A stretch of 64,000 nt of DNA from Dehalococcoidia bacterium. Its GTDB lineage: Bacteria; Chloroflexota; Dehalococcoidia; Bin125. Shown here piece by piece: positions 9,676-19,739 of the stretch (the first letter of the stretch is position 1; each line of letters opens with the position of its first letter). A model generated the notes under the pieces. That model searched no databases and was not told the origin of the DNA. It worked only from the letters and a program-made list of their open reading frames with translations. The stretch is from NCBI GenBank assembly GCA_963663235.2, contig CAXXNO010000006.1:192001-256000 (forward strand), written 5' to 3'. A program made the translations under genes and the position numbers.

Positions 9676-10878
9676 GTGCTGACCGTCGTCACCGGGCAAC
9701 TTCTCGCGAAGAAACTCCGCAGCCTGCTCACCGTCGTCGGGTTCGGCGTCTGCGTGAACCTATACATCGTGGTGACGACGGTGATGAAGTTCATCTCCGA
9801 AGACCTGGACTTGCAAGTGCAGCGGTTCACCGGGCGGCTCATGGTGCAGACACGGTCCGAGCCGGGAGTGACGGGGATCGAATGGCCGCCGATCTCATCG
9901 GTGATCCCGAGTGACACTGCGTACGCGATCCTGGAATCGCCGCACGTCGACCGACTGAACTCGTCGCCGGTGTCGTTCGCGGCGCTGGCACCGCCACCGT
10001 TTCCGACGGCACCGCCGGAGGCGCTTCTGGTGGGGCTGGAGCGCGGGCGGGAGAATACCTTCCTGGCGAACGCGCCGGCGCTGATGGGGGCGAATCACTT
10101 CTCGGGCGACGGGGACCGGAACCAGGTCATCCTGGGCGTGCTATCGGCCCGGTACCTGGCGGGGAAGGCGAGCGCCACCACGCAAGTCGACACGCCCATC
10201 GGCGCGATCACGCTGGCGGCGGTGGGCAGCCGGGTGGAGATCCGCGGGCAAGAGTTCACCGTGGCAGGGATCATCGAGCCGGAGACGAACCAACTGCTGC
10301 GTTCCTGCGTCGTGATGCCGCTCGATGCGGCGCGGGAGATCCTGGGGCAAACGGAGAGCGTCAGCGCGGCGATCGTCACGCCGAAGCGGGCGTCCGACAT
10401 CGCGCCGTTGCAGGAGGAGATCGAGCGGCGGCATCCGTCGCTCATGGTGGTGAACGACCAACAGCTGGCCAGGAACGCCGAGGGGCTGCTGGAGCGCACC
10501 AACCAGTTCTTCGCGGTGATCCGCTGGACCGCGATCGCCGTGGCAGCGCTGCTGATCACCGTCGTGATGTTCGTGGCCGTGCTGGAGCGCACCAAGGAGC
10601 TGGGCACCCTGCGGGCGATCGGCGCACCGGCGTCGGCGATCATGGGCATGATCCTGGCGGAGGCGCTGGCCGTGGCGCTGGCGGGGTCGGCGTTGGGGGT
10701 GCCGCTGTCGCGGCTGGTGATCGCGAAGGCGCTGGGGCCGGATGCGGCGGGGATCCGCAACCGCCGGGTCGAGGCGCAATCTGTGGCGCTGCTGACAGCG
10801 CTGGGGTTGCTGGCGGCCGTGCTGCCAGCGGCGCGGGCCGTGCGCGTGGACCCCATCGTCGCGCTGCGCTACGAATAG
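9676..10878 (+). CDS. ABC transporter permease, MacB/FtsX family
   Basis: RSLLTVVG, VLERTKELGTLRAIGA and PAARAVRVDPIVALRYE. Confidence 0.93.
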   Translation: MLTVVTGQLLAKKLRSLLTVVGFGVCVNLYIVVTTVMKFISEDLDLQVQRFTGRLMVQTRSEPGVTGIEWPPISSVIPSDTAYAILESPHVDRLNSSPVSFAALAPPPFPTAPPEALLVGLERGRENTFLANAPALMGANHFSGDGDRNQVILGVLSARYLAGKASATTQVDTPIGAITLAAVGSRVEIRGQEFTVAGIIEPETNQLLRSCVVMPLDAAREILGQTESVSAAIVTPKRASDIAPLQEEIERRHPSLMVVNDQQLARNAEGLLERTNQFFAVIRWTAIAVAALLITVVMFVAVLERTKELGTLRAIGAPASAIMGMILAEALAVALAGSALGVPLSRLVIAKALGPDAAGIRNRRVEAQSVALLTALGLLAAVLPAARAVRVDPIVALRYE

Positions 10879-10881
10879 GCC

Positions 10882-11592
10882 ATGGGCAACGGCTGGAAGG
10901 CCATTCTCTCGGCGCGAGGGCTGAGCCGCGACTTCCGCGTGGGGGACAGCACCGTTCACGCCCTGCGCGACGCGAACCTCGACGTCAATCCAGGCGACTT
11001 CGTCGCGGTGGTGGGGCCGAGCGGCAGCGGGAAATCGACCCTGCTGTACCTGCTGGGGCTCATCGACTCGCCGAGTCGAGGCGAGGTGTTGATCCTGGGC
11101 AAACCCGCCCAGCATTTCGGGCGGGAGCGTCGCGCGCAGCAACGGCTGACGTTGCTGGGCTTCGTCTTCCAAACGTTCAACCTGCTCCAAGTCCTCACGG
11201 CCCGGCAGAACATCGAGATCGTCCTGCAACTGGCGGGTGTGCCCAAGAAGAAGCGACGGGCGCGCGCGGAAGCGCTGCTGGAGGCGGTGGGGTTGGGCGA
11301 GCGGATGGAGCATCGGCCGACGGATCTCTCCGGCGGCGAACGCCAGCGCGTCGCGATCGCCCGAGCGCTGGCGAACGAGCCGGCGGTGCTGCTGGCGGAC
11401 GAACCCACGGGCAACCTGGATTCGCAGACCGGGCACGAGGTGATGTCGCTGCTGGAGCAGTTGAACCGGGCGGGACAAACGATCGTCATGGTGACGCACA
11501 ACCTGGCGATGGCGCGTCACGCCCGGCGGCTCTTCGTCATGCGCGACGGGTGGCTGGAGGAGCAGAGTCCGGAAGAGATGCCCGCGGACTGA
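10882..11592 (+). CDS. ABC transporter ATP-binding protein (LolD/MacB-type)
   Basis: GPSGSGKS, LSGGERQR, LLADEPTGNLD. Confidence 0.96.
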   Translation: MGNGWKAILSARGLSRDFRVGDSTVHALRDANLDVNPGDFVAVVGPSGSGKSTLLYLLGLIDSPSRGEVLILGKPAQHFGRERRAQQRLTLLGFVFQTFNLLQVLTARQNIEIVLQLAGVPKKKRRARAEALLEAVGLGERMEHRPTDLSGGERQRVAIARALANEPAVLLADEPTGNLDSQTGHEVMSLLEQLNRAGQTIVMVTHNLAMARHARRLFVMRDGWLEEQSPEEMPAD

Positions 11593-11653
11593 GCGCGCGG
11601 CGGCGTTGACCGGCCGGAAGGGGCGGGCCTAACCTCTGCGGGCTGGAGGGCGT

Positions 11654-12577
11654 ATGCGTATCGCGATCATCGGGCAGGCGGCGTTCGGGGCGGCGGTGTA
11701 CGAGGGGTTGCGCGCCGACGGGCACACCATCGTCGGGGTGTTCACGGCGCCGGAGGGGGCGCGCCCCGACCCCTTGGCAGAAGCGGCGCGCGGGCATGGA
11801 GTGGCGGTGGTGCAGCCGCAGCGCTGGCAACGCAAAGGGGTGGTCGACGAGGGCGTCTTGGAGGCGTACGCCGCCACGCAGCCCGAGCTCAACGTGATGG
11901 CGTTCGTGACGCAGATCATTCCCGAGCGGGTACTGGACCACCCGGCGCAGGGCACCATCCAGTACCACCCCAGCCTGTTGCCCAAGCACCGGGGGCGGAG
12001 CGCGATCAACCACGCCCTCCTCCAGGGCGACAGCGAGACGGGGATCTCGATCTTCTGGGTCGACGCCGGGATCGACACGGGGCCGATCCTGCTCCAGCGC
12101 CGGTGTCCCATTCGTGAGAACGAGACAATCAACAGTCTGTACCGCGAGCAACTGTTCCCCTTGGGGCTGGAGGCGATGCTGGAGGCGGTGCGGCTTGTGG
12201 CCGCGTCGGATGCGCCGCGGATGCCGCAGGACGAAGCCCAGGCCACCTACGAGGCGCCCTGGGAGGGCGACATCGCGCGGATCGACTGGAGCCAACCGGC
12301 GGCCGTGGTGCACAACTTCATCCGCGGGAGCGACCGTCAGCCGGGTGCGTGGACCACCGCCGAGGAAGAGAAAGTCACGCTCTACGGGTCGTCGCGGGTA
12401 GAGGCGGAGGCCGGACCCGCGGGCTCGATCGCCGCCGTCAGCGACGAGGGGGTCGTGGTGCGCTGCGGCGAGAGCGCCGTGCGCGTGGACACGGCGCTCC
12501 CGGGCGGCGGGAAACGGATCGCGGCGTCGGAGTGGGCCCGAGCTGCCAGCGTCGCGGCGGGGGCGCAACTCAAGTAA
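11654..12577 (+). CDS. Fmt-family formyltransferase / 10-formyl-THF hydrolase-like protein
   Basis: YHPSLLPKHRG and DAGIDTG; N-terminus MRIAIIGQAAFG. Confidence 0.9.
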   Translation: MRIAIIGQAAFGAAVYEGLRADGHTIVGVFTAPEGARPDPLAEAARGHGVAVVQPQRWQRKGVVDEGVLEAYAATQPELNVMAFVTQIIPERVLDHPAQGTIQYHPSLLPKHRGRSAINHALLQGDSETGISIFWVDAGIDTGPILLQRRCPIRENETINSLYREQLFPLGLEAMLEAVRLVAASDAPRMPQDEAQATYEAPWEGDIARIDWSQPAAVVHNFIRGSDRQPGAWTTAEEEKVTLYGSSRVEAEAGPAGSIAAVSDEGVVVRCGESAVRVDTALPGGGKRIAASEWARAASVAAGAQLK

Positions 12578-12694
12578 CGGCGAGCGTCGCTCCCGGGCGG
12601 GCCGGCAGTGATACGCTCAATTCCAGACCCAGGCTTGCAAGGCAGAGCGCCGCCCGCGATCCCGCGCGGCGGATTGGAACGGAACCAAGGCATC

Positions 12695-13591
12695 ATGATC
12701 GGCTGGAACGGGGCGAAGACACTCTTCCTCATCGTGCTGCTGAGCGGGGTGCTACTCGTGGTGGGGCAACTGGTGGGGGGATTCGTGGGGCTAGCTGTGT
12801 TCGCGGTGATCGCGTTCGCGATGAACATCTTCGCGTTCTGGAAGTCCGACAGCGCCGTACTGAAAATGATGCGGGCGCGCGAAGTGAGCCCGCAAGAAGC
12901 GCCGGGGTTGCACCGGATCGTGGAGCGGGCGGCGGATCAGGCGGGGCTGCCCAAGCCCAAGGTCTACGTGATGGACAACCCCGCGCCGAACGCCTTCGCC
13001 ACAGGCCGCAGCCCAAGTCACGCCGCCGTCGCCGCGACCACCGGGATCATGGGGTTGCTGACCGAGCGGGAGCTGGCCGGGGTGTTCGCCCATGAGCTAG
13101 CGCACGTCAAGAATCGCGACACGCTGATCAACACGATCGTGGCGATGCTGGCGACCACGATCATGATCATCGCGATGATCGCTCGCTTCAGTCTGTTCTT
13201 CGGCCTCATGTTCGCCGGCGGCGGCCGGGGCGGGCGGGGCGACCTGGGGCAACTGGCGGGCGTGCTGGCCCTGGCGATTTTGGCGCCGCTGGTCGCCACG
13301 CTGATCCGGTTCGCGATCTCGCGGGCGCGGGAGTTCAGCGCCGACGAGACCGGCGCGCGAAACTCGCAAGATGCGGAGGCGCTGGCGTCGGCGCTGACGA
13401 AGCTGCACATGGCGGCCGAGGGCCAGCCAGAGCGCGCGCGGGCATCGACGGCGACGGCGGCGGCGGCACACCTGTTCATCGTGAACCCGCTGGCCGGGGG
13501 CGCGGGCAAGTGGTTCTCCAGCCACCCGCCGCTGGAGCAGCGAGTGGAGCGGCTGCGGAAGATCGGCAAGGAACAGGGGCAGTGGTTCTAG
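12695..13591 (+). CDS. htpX: zinc metalloprotease HtpX
   Basis: PNAFATG, HELAH, SRAREFSAD, SSHPP. Confidence 0.93.
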   Translation: MIGWNGAKTLFLIVLLSGVLLVVGQLVGGFVGLAVFAVIAFAMNIFAFWKSDSAVLKMMRAREVSPQEAPGLHRIVERAADQAGLPKPKVYVMDNPAPNAFATGRSPSHAAVAATTGIMGLLTERELAGVFAHELAHVKNRDTLINTIVAMLATTIMIIAMIARFSLFFGLMFAGGGRGGRGDLGQLAGVLALAILAPLVATLIRFAISRAREFSADETGARNSQDAEALASALTKLHMAAEGQPERARASTATAAAAHLFIVNPLAGGAGKWFSSHPPLEQRVERLRKIGKEQGQWF

Positions 13592-13598
13592 GCCGGGC

Positions 13599-13853
13599 TC
13601 ATGCCACGGGCGCCTTGCCGTGGGCGCGCCGTCCGTGGATGTGAAAGTTCTCTTCCCCCACAAAGGTCTTGCCGCAGACCGGGCAGTCGTAGCGCTTGTG
13701 CTTGGGGAGCAAGCGCTGGACGTAGTGCTCATCGATGAGGCGATCATCGGTGGGCAAGCCGGCGAGATCGAAGAGTTCGCCGCGTTCCAACCGGCGGCCG
13801 CCGTAGATGCAGGGACGGATGGCCCAAGCGCCAGAGGCGGGTCCAGCGTTCAT
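13599..13853 (-). CDS. small protein with C-terminal C2H2 zinc finger
   Basis: YDCPVCGKTFVGEENFHIHGRRAH; ATG at 13853 just after the upstream gene stop. Confidence 0.75.
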   Translation of the reverse strand: MNAGPASGAWAIRPCIYGGRRLERGELFDLAGLPTDDRLIDEHYVQRLLPKHKRYDCPVCGKTFVGEENFHIHGRRAHGKAPVA

Positions 13854-13866
13854 ATCGACGAGGCGG

Positions 13867-15627
13867 CTAGCTGAGAAAGCGGCGCAGGGTGGGGAGCACG
13901 TCCGACTCCACCAACGAGGGCGCGTGGCCAATGCCGAGCGCCTCGACGAGATGCGCTTCAGTGATGGTGGTGCGGAGCTGCTCCGCCACTTCGGTTGAGA
14001 GGATATCGCTCTTCGCTCCGCGCACGATGATCGTGGGGCACTGCACCAAGCGAGCCGAAGCCCAGAGGTCGACATCCTGGATCATCTGCTGCTCGGTGAG
14101 CTGCTGCCGGAAAGCGGGGTCGAACTTCCACGCCAGAGCGCCATTCTGCTGCGGCCGCACGCTGTACTCGACGAAGGTCTGCAAGACGGCATCGTCGTAG
14201 TCACTGAGGACGGGGTAGTTATCGCGCCACCAGTGGATGGCGGTCTCCATGGAGGGAAACGTGGCGGGCGAATCGCGGATATAGGAGCGGATCCGATCTT
14301 CGCCGACGTGGTTGGCCTCGGGCCCGCTGTCATTGATCACGAGTCGCGTGACCGTGCCGGGCCGGGCGCCGGCGTAGGCCAGCGCGATATCGGCGCCGAG
14401 GGCCGTCCCGATCACTGAGACCGACGACACCTGGAGCTCGACGATGAGTTTGTCCAGATCGCGCACGTGAGTGCTGAGGCGATAGTCCTGGTCCGGGGCC
14501 CAAGCGGAGTCGCCGTGGCCGCGCAAATCGACCGCGACCAAGTAATGGGAGCCGACGAGCTGGTGGGCCAGCGCATCGTAGTTGTGGGCATTGCCGGTGA
14601 GGCCGTGGAGCAAGATGATCGCGGGCTGCTGCGGCGAGCCCCAGGCCAGATAGTGGAGTTGCACTCCCGCCGATGCGAACGCCGAGCGTGGCTCGGCCAC
14701 GACGGGCTCCAGGCTGGGAGTGGGCTCCAGCTCCTCGGCGACCGGCGCCGCCTCAGGCCAGGGGCGGCGCGGTACCGACACCTCGGGCTGCTGGTGGCGC
14801 GTCGCCGCGGATGGCGCGACCTCCGACCAGGGCGCGGGTGGCTCGGCGCTCAGCGAGGGGGCGGGCGGCGGCGGGGCTAGCGGTGGCGCGGGTGGCTCGG
14901 CGATCAGCGAGGGGGCAGGCGGCGGGGCCTGGGGCGGCGCGACGTCCGGCAAGGAGGCGGGGTGGGGCTCGGGCGGCGCGGGCTGGAGAGCCTGGGGCGG
15001 CGAGGGGGCGGGCTCGGGCGGCGCGGGCTGAAGAGCCTGGGGCGGCGCGACGTCCAGCGAGGGCGCGCGCTCTGGCGGCGTGGGGTGGAAATCCTGGGAC
15101 GGCGCGGTCTCCAGAGCCCTGGCTGGGAACGTGATCCGTTCGGGAGCGGCGGGCGTCTCGGGGACGGCGGGCTCCGGCGCGGCGCCCGGCTGTTCGTGGG
15201 AGCCGGGTGCGGGCGCGGCTCGCGCTGCTCGGATCACATCGCGGCCGAGAACGTCGCTTGGGAAGCGGACGCCCTCCGGTCGCGGGGGCACCGGGTGGGT
15301 GATCTGTCCTTCGCGGTAGGGACGACCGGCGGGGGCACGCTGCGTCCATTCCGTGAGTCGCTCACGGGCGCGGGCGGCGACTGCGTCAGTCTCGAGCGCG
15401 GGCTCGGTGGGGGACGGGGGGTTCGCGAGGGAGACAGCGCTCCTCGGGGGCTGGGCTGCGCCTGAGGACGTCGCGGTAGGGATCGGGGCGACGGCCGGCC
15501 GAGCGCGGAGCGAGAGCAGCACCGCCGCGATCAGAAACGACAACACCGCGCCGGTGGCCGCGATGACGATCAGCAGGATAACGACGATCAAACCTGCTGT
15601 GTCGTTGGCGTTGAATGCGATATCCAT
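13867..15627 (-). CDS. membrane-anchored alpha/beta hydrolase with long Pro-rich linker
   Basis: N-terminal TM helix, Pro/Ala repeats, LHGLTG, DLRGHGDS, GTALG at the nucleophile elbow. Confidence 0.85.
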   Translation of the reverse strand: MDIAFNANDTAGLIVVILLIVIAATGAVLSFLIAAVLLSLRARPAVAPIPTATSSGAAQPPRSAVSLANPPSPTEPALETDAVAARARERLTEWTQRAPAGRPYREGQITHPVPPRPEGVRFPSDVLGRDVIRAARAAPAPGSHEQPGAAPEPAVPETPAAPERITFPARALETAPSQDFHPTPPERAPSLDVAPPQALQPAPPEPAPSPPQALQPAPPEPHPASLPDVAPPQAPPPAPSLIAEPPAPPLAPPPPAPSLSAEPPAPWSEVAPSAATRHQQPEVSVPRRPWPEAAPVAEELEPTPSLEPVVAEPRSAFASAGVQLHYLAWGSPQQPAIILLHGLTGNAHNYDALAHQLVGSHYLVAVDLRGHGDSAWAPDQDYRLSTHVRDLDKLIVELQVSSVSVIGTALGADIALAYAGARPGTVTRLVINDSGPEANHVGEDRIRSYIRDSPATFPSMETAIHWWRDNYPVLSDYDDAVLQTFVEYSVRPQQNGALAWKFDPAFRQQLTEQQMIQDVDLWASARLVQCPTIIVRGAKSDILSTEVAEQLRTTITEAHLVEALGIGHAPSLVESDVLPTLRRFLS

Positions 15628-15748
15628 CGGCTACACCCGCGGCAACTATAGCAATGTCGTACCGAACAGGCCCGTACATCTGGCCCCAGCGCGTCGACCC
15701 CGCGTAGAATCCGGTCGCACCCGCCCGCGCAAAGAGGGGAAGGCGTCG

Positions 15749-17650
15749 ATGGCTGAAGCCAGGAACGGCGAGTTTCGCCACCTCTTGGAAGACACCCAGC
15801 AGATCGCGCCGCCGGATCTGATCCGGGAAGCGGCGCATGTGCCCGATTGGGCATCGCACTACGCAGCCGCCGACGCCGATCTGGACCGCTATTGGGCCGA
15901 CGCCGCGCGCGACCTGGAGTGGATCGAGCCGTGGCGAGCGGTGCGCGAGGAGGACGGGCAGAACCACACGCAGTGGTTTGTGGGTGGGAAGTGCAACATC
16001 ACCCAGAACGTCCTGGACCAACATCTCACGACGAGCCGCCGGACTAAAACGGCGCTGATCTGGGTAGGGGAGGACGGGGAAGAGCGGCGCTTCACGTTTG
16101 ACGAGCTGGCGCGGCTGGTCAACCGATTCGCCAACGTCCTGCGTGCCAGTGGAGTGCGCAAGGGTGAGCGCGTGTGCATCTACATGCCGCTGACGCCGGA
16201 GGGGATAGCGGCGATGCTGGCGTGCGCGCGCATCGGAGCGATCCACTCGGTAGTTTACGCGGGGCTGGCGTCCGTGGCGCTGCGATCGCGGATTGAGGAT
16301 GCCGGCGCCAGCACGCTGATCGTGGCCGATCGGGGCTACCGGCGGGGCAAGGTGGTAGACCTCAAGGTGATCGCGGATCAGGCGATCACCGGCGAAACGC
16401 CGGTGGAGCGGGTGATCGTGCACCGGCGCGATCCGTCGACGCCGCTGCGCGCCGGCGAGATCGATCTACTGCCGGCGCTGGAAGCAGCCGCCGATCAGGC
16501 CGAGGCGGAAGTCATGGACGCGGAGGACCCCCTCTTCATCCTGTACACCTCGGGGACGACGGGCCCGCCCAAGGGCGTCGTCTACCCGCACGGCGGCTAC
16601 GCCGTAGGGACGGCGCACATGACGCGCATCGCCTACGACTTGAAACCGGACACGGTGTACTGGTGCACGAGCGACATCGGCTGGATCGTGGGGCACTCCT
16701 GCATCGTGTACGGGCCGTGGATCAACGGCGTGACGCAAGTAGTGCGGGAAGGAGCGCCGGACTATCCGGACCTGGGCGTGGTGTGGTCGATCGTCGAGCG
16801 GTACGGCGTGACGACGATGTTCACCGCGCCGACGGCGCTGCGGATGTTCATGCGCTTCGGACCGGAGTATCCGGCGCGGCACAGGCTCGACAGCCTGCGG
16901 ATCCTGATCTGCGCCGGGGAGCCGCTGAACCCGGAAGCGCAGTTGTGGGCGTACGAGCACCTCATGGAGCGTCGCGGGCCGGTGTGTGATAACTGGTGGC
17001 AAACGGAGACGGGCGCGCCCACGCTGGGCACGTTGCCGTCCGACGTCGCCAAGCCTGGCAAGGTGGGGCGGCCCATGCCCGGCGTGCACGCGGCCGTGGT
17101 CGATCGCGAAGGGCAGCCCGTGCCGCCGGGGCACGGCGGCTTCCTGGTGCTGTCGAACAGCTGGCCGCACATGATGCAGACGATATGGAACGACGACGCC
17201 CGGTACCAAGAGGCGTACGACCTGATCCCCGGCTACTACACCGCGGGCGACGTAGCCACGCAGGACGAAGAAGGCTACATCACGGTGCTGGGCCGGGCCG
17301 ACGACGTGCTCAACGTGGCAGGGCACCGGATCGGGACAGCGGACGTGGAGAGCGCGCTGGTGGCGCACCCGGCGGTGGGTGAAGCGGGGGTGATCGGGAT
17401 CCCCGACGCGATCAAAGGGGAAGAGATCAAGGCGTTCGTGATCCTGCGCCAGGGCCACGAGGCGAGCGAGGAACTGCGCAAGGAGCTGGTGGCGCAGGTG
17501 CGCAACACGCTGGGGCCCATCGCCACGCCCAAAGAGGTCGAGTTCGTGCCGACGCTGCCCAAGACGCGGAGCGGCAAGATCATGCGTCGGGTGCTGAAGG
17601 CGCAGGAGTTGGGCATCGACCCGGGGGACCTGACGACGCTGGAGGAGTGA
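15749..17650 (+). CDS. acs: acetyl-CoA synthetase
   Basis: YTSGTTGPPKG, DNWWQTETG, PKTRSGKIMRR. Confidence 0.93.
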   Translation: MAEARNGEFRHLLEDTQQIAPPDLIREAAHVPDWASHYAAADADLDRYWADAARDLEWIEPWRAVREEDGQNHTQWFVGGKCNITQNVLDQHLTTSRRTKTALIWVGEDGEERRFTFDELARLVNRFANVLRASGVRKGERVCIYMPLTPEGIAAMLACARIGAIHSVVYAGLASVALRSRIEDAGASTLIVADRGYRRGKVVDLKVIADQAITGETPVERVIVHRRDPSTPLRAGEIDLLPALEAAADQAEAEVMDAEDPLFILYTSGTTGPPKGVVYPHGGYAVGTAHMTRIAYDLKPDTVYWCTSDIGWIVGHSCIVYGPWINGVTQVVREGAPDYPDLGVVWSIVERYGVTTMFTAPTALRMFMRFGPEYPARHRLDSLRILICAGEPLNPEAQLWAYEHLMERRGPVCDNWWQTETGAPTLGTLPSDVAKPGKVGRPMPGVHAAVVDREGQPVPPGHGGFLVLSNSWPHMMQTIWNDDARYQEAYDLIPGYYTAGDVATQDEEGYITVLGRADDVLNVAGHRIGTADVESALVAHPAVGEAGVIGIPDAIKGEEIKAFVILRQGHEASEELRKELVAQVRNTLGPIATPKEVEFVPTLPKTRSGKIMRRVLKAQELGIDPGDLTTLEE

Positions 17651-17767
17651 GCGTCCGAGGAGCGGCGGAGGCGCGACCTCAAAACGTGCAGCCGTTAGTA
17701 TTGGTGGCGGCCTTGCATCGACGCCGGCGGCCGGCCGTCGATGCGCGAGCGCGGGAGGAGCCGAATC

Positions 17768-18742
17768 TTGAGCGCGCAGCGTCGCATCGAATTCGGAGTG
17801 CAGACGAACCTGCACTACACGACCTACGCCGAGGTCCTGGAGACGTGGCAGACCGTCGAGCGGGAGGGGCTGGATCACGCCTGGACGTACGATCACTTCC
17901 TGCCCTGCTTCCGCGATCCGGCCGGGCCGACGCTGGAGGGCTGGACGACGCTCACCGCGCTGATGATGACGGTGCCGCGCATCCGGGCGGGGGTACTGGT
18001 GCCGTGCAACATGTTCCGGCACCCCGTGCTCTCGGCGAAGATCGCCACCACGCTGGACCAGATCACGGGCGGCGAGCGGCTGGAGATGGCGATCGGCGCG
18101 GGGTGGTGGGAGCCGGAGTTCCGGGCCTACGGCTTCCCGTACCCGCCGCTACCCGAGCGGCTGGACATGATGGACGAAGCGATCCGGGTGATGCAGTCGT
18201 TGTGGACGCAAGAGCGGACCACGATCGAGGGGAAGTACTACACGATCACGGACGCGCCGTTCGCGCCCAAGCCAGTGCAAAAGCCGCACCTGCCGCTGTG
18301 GATCGGCGGGATGGGGCCGAAGCGCACGATGCGGGCCGTGGCGCGCTACGCCGACGGCTGGAACGTCTGGACGCAGCCGCGCGAGGGCTACGAGATGCTG
18401 CTGGGCGCGCTGGAGAAGCAGTGCGAAGAGATCGGGCGGGACCCGGCGACGGTGCGTCGATCGGTGGCGTTCCGGTTCGCGGTGGACAAGGACCCGAAGA
18501 CGGCGCAGGCGCGGCTCTTCAAGGAAGCGGAGGACGCCGACCAGGAGCTGCCCGAAGGATTCGAGGAGCTGATCAACCTGGCGCTGACGGGGTCGCCCGA
18601 CGACATCACCGAGCAGCTGTCGTGGTACACGGAGCGAGGCGTCGACCACGTGATCCTGCTGCTGGACGCGCCGTTCCCGCAGGACGAGCTGACGCGGTTC
18701 GCGCGCGAGGTGATCCCGGCGGTGCGCGCGGCGGGAATGTAG
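17768..18742 (+). CDS. LLM-class (probably F420-dependent) oxidoreductase
   Basis: DHF...LEGWTTL, RHPVLSAK, PKPVQKPH...WIGG, YADGWN; TTG start after GGAGGA. Confidence 0.92.
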   Translation: MSAQRRIEFGVQTNLHYTTYAEVLETWQTVEREGLDHAWTYDHFLPCFRDPAGPTLEGWTTLTALMMTVPRIRAGVLVPCNMFRHPVLSAKIATTLDQITGGERLEMAIGAGWWEPEFRAYGFPYPPLPERLDMMDEAIRVMQSLWTQERTTIEGKYYTITDAPFAPKPVQKPHLPLWIGGMGPKRTMRAVARYADGWNVWTQPREGYEMLLGALEKQCEEIGRDPATVRRSVAFRFAVDKDPKTAQARLFKEAEDADQELPEGFEELINLALTGSPDDITEQLSWYTERGVDHVILLLDAPFPQDELTRFAREVIPAVRAAGM

Positions 18743-18754
18743 GCGGAGCAGCGG

Positions 18755-19726
18755 ATGAGCGGTCGGCGGCGCATCGAGTTCGGCATCATGACCAACCTGC
18801 ACTACACGACCTATGAAGAGGTGCGCGCCATCTGGCAGACGGCGGAGCAGGAAGGGTTGGATCATGCGTGGGCGCCCGATCACCTGCTGCCGGCGTTCTC
18901 CGACCTCGGCGGGGCCACCCTGGAGGCGTGGACCACGCTGACGGGACTCGTGCACGAAGTGCCGCGGATCCGCGCGGGGGTTTTGGTGTCGTGTAACCCG
19001 TTTCGTCACCCCGCGCTGCTAGCGAAGCAGGCCGTAACGCTGGACGAGATCACCGAGGGCAAACGGCTGGAGGTGGCGATCGGCGCGGGCTGGCTGGAGG
19101 TGGAGTTCCGCGCGTACGGCATCCCGTTCCCGCCGCTGCCCGAGCGGCTGGAGACGATGCACGAAGCGCTCCAGGTCTTGCGATCCCTGTGGACGCAGGA
19201 TCGGACCACGATCCGGAGCGAGCACTACACGATCATCGACGCACCGTTCGCCCCCAAACCGGTGCAGAAACCGTACCCGCCGCTGTGGATCGGCGGGAAG
19301 GGGAAGAACCTTACGCTGAGCGCGGTGGCACGCTACGCCGACGGGTGGAACGTGCTGCGACAGCCTCATGAGGAGTACGCGACGTTGGTGGAGGCGCTCG
19401 AGCGGCACTGCGAGGAGGCCGGGCGGGACCCGGCGACCGTGCGGCGGTCGGTGGCGATGCGATTTGAGGTCGACCGGAACGTGGCGGCCGCGCGGGCGCG
19501 GCTGTGGCGCGAGGCGGAGGAGGCGGGGCAGGAGCCGGCGGAGGTCGAGGAGTTGATCGACATGGCGCTGGCGGGGTCGGCGGAAGAGATCGCGGAGCAG
19601 ATCGTGTCCGACGCCGAACTGGGCATGGATCATGTGATCCTGCTGATGGACCCACCGTTTCGCCACGAGAAGCTGACCCGCTTCGCGCGCGAGGTGATCC
19701 CCGCGGTGCGAGCGGCGGGATTCTAG
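18755..19726 (+). CDS. LLM-class oxidoreductase (tandem paralogue)
   Basis: Same motifs and high similarity to the upstream gene. Confidence 0.92.
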   Translation: MSGRRRIEFGIMTNLHYTTYEEVRAIWQTAEQEGLDHAWAPDHLLPAFSDLGGATLEAWTTLTGLVHEVPRIRAGVLVSCNPFRHPALLAKQAVTLDEITEGKRLEVAIGAGWLEVEFRAYGIPFPPLPERLETMHEALQVLRSLWTQDRTTIRSEHYTIIDAPFAPKPVQKPYPPLWIGGKGKNLTLSAVARYADGWNVLRQPHEEYATLVEALERHCEEAGRDPATVRRSVAMRFEVDRNVAAARARLWREAEEAGQEPAEVEELIDMALAGSAEEIAEQIVSDAELGMDHVILLMDPPFRHEKLTRFAREVIPAVRAAGF

Positions 19727-19739
19727 AGAGCGGGAAAGC

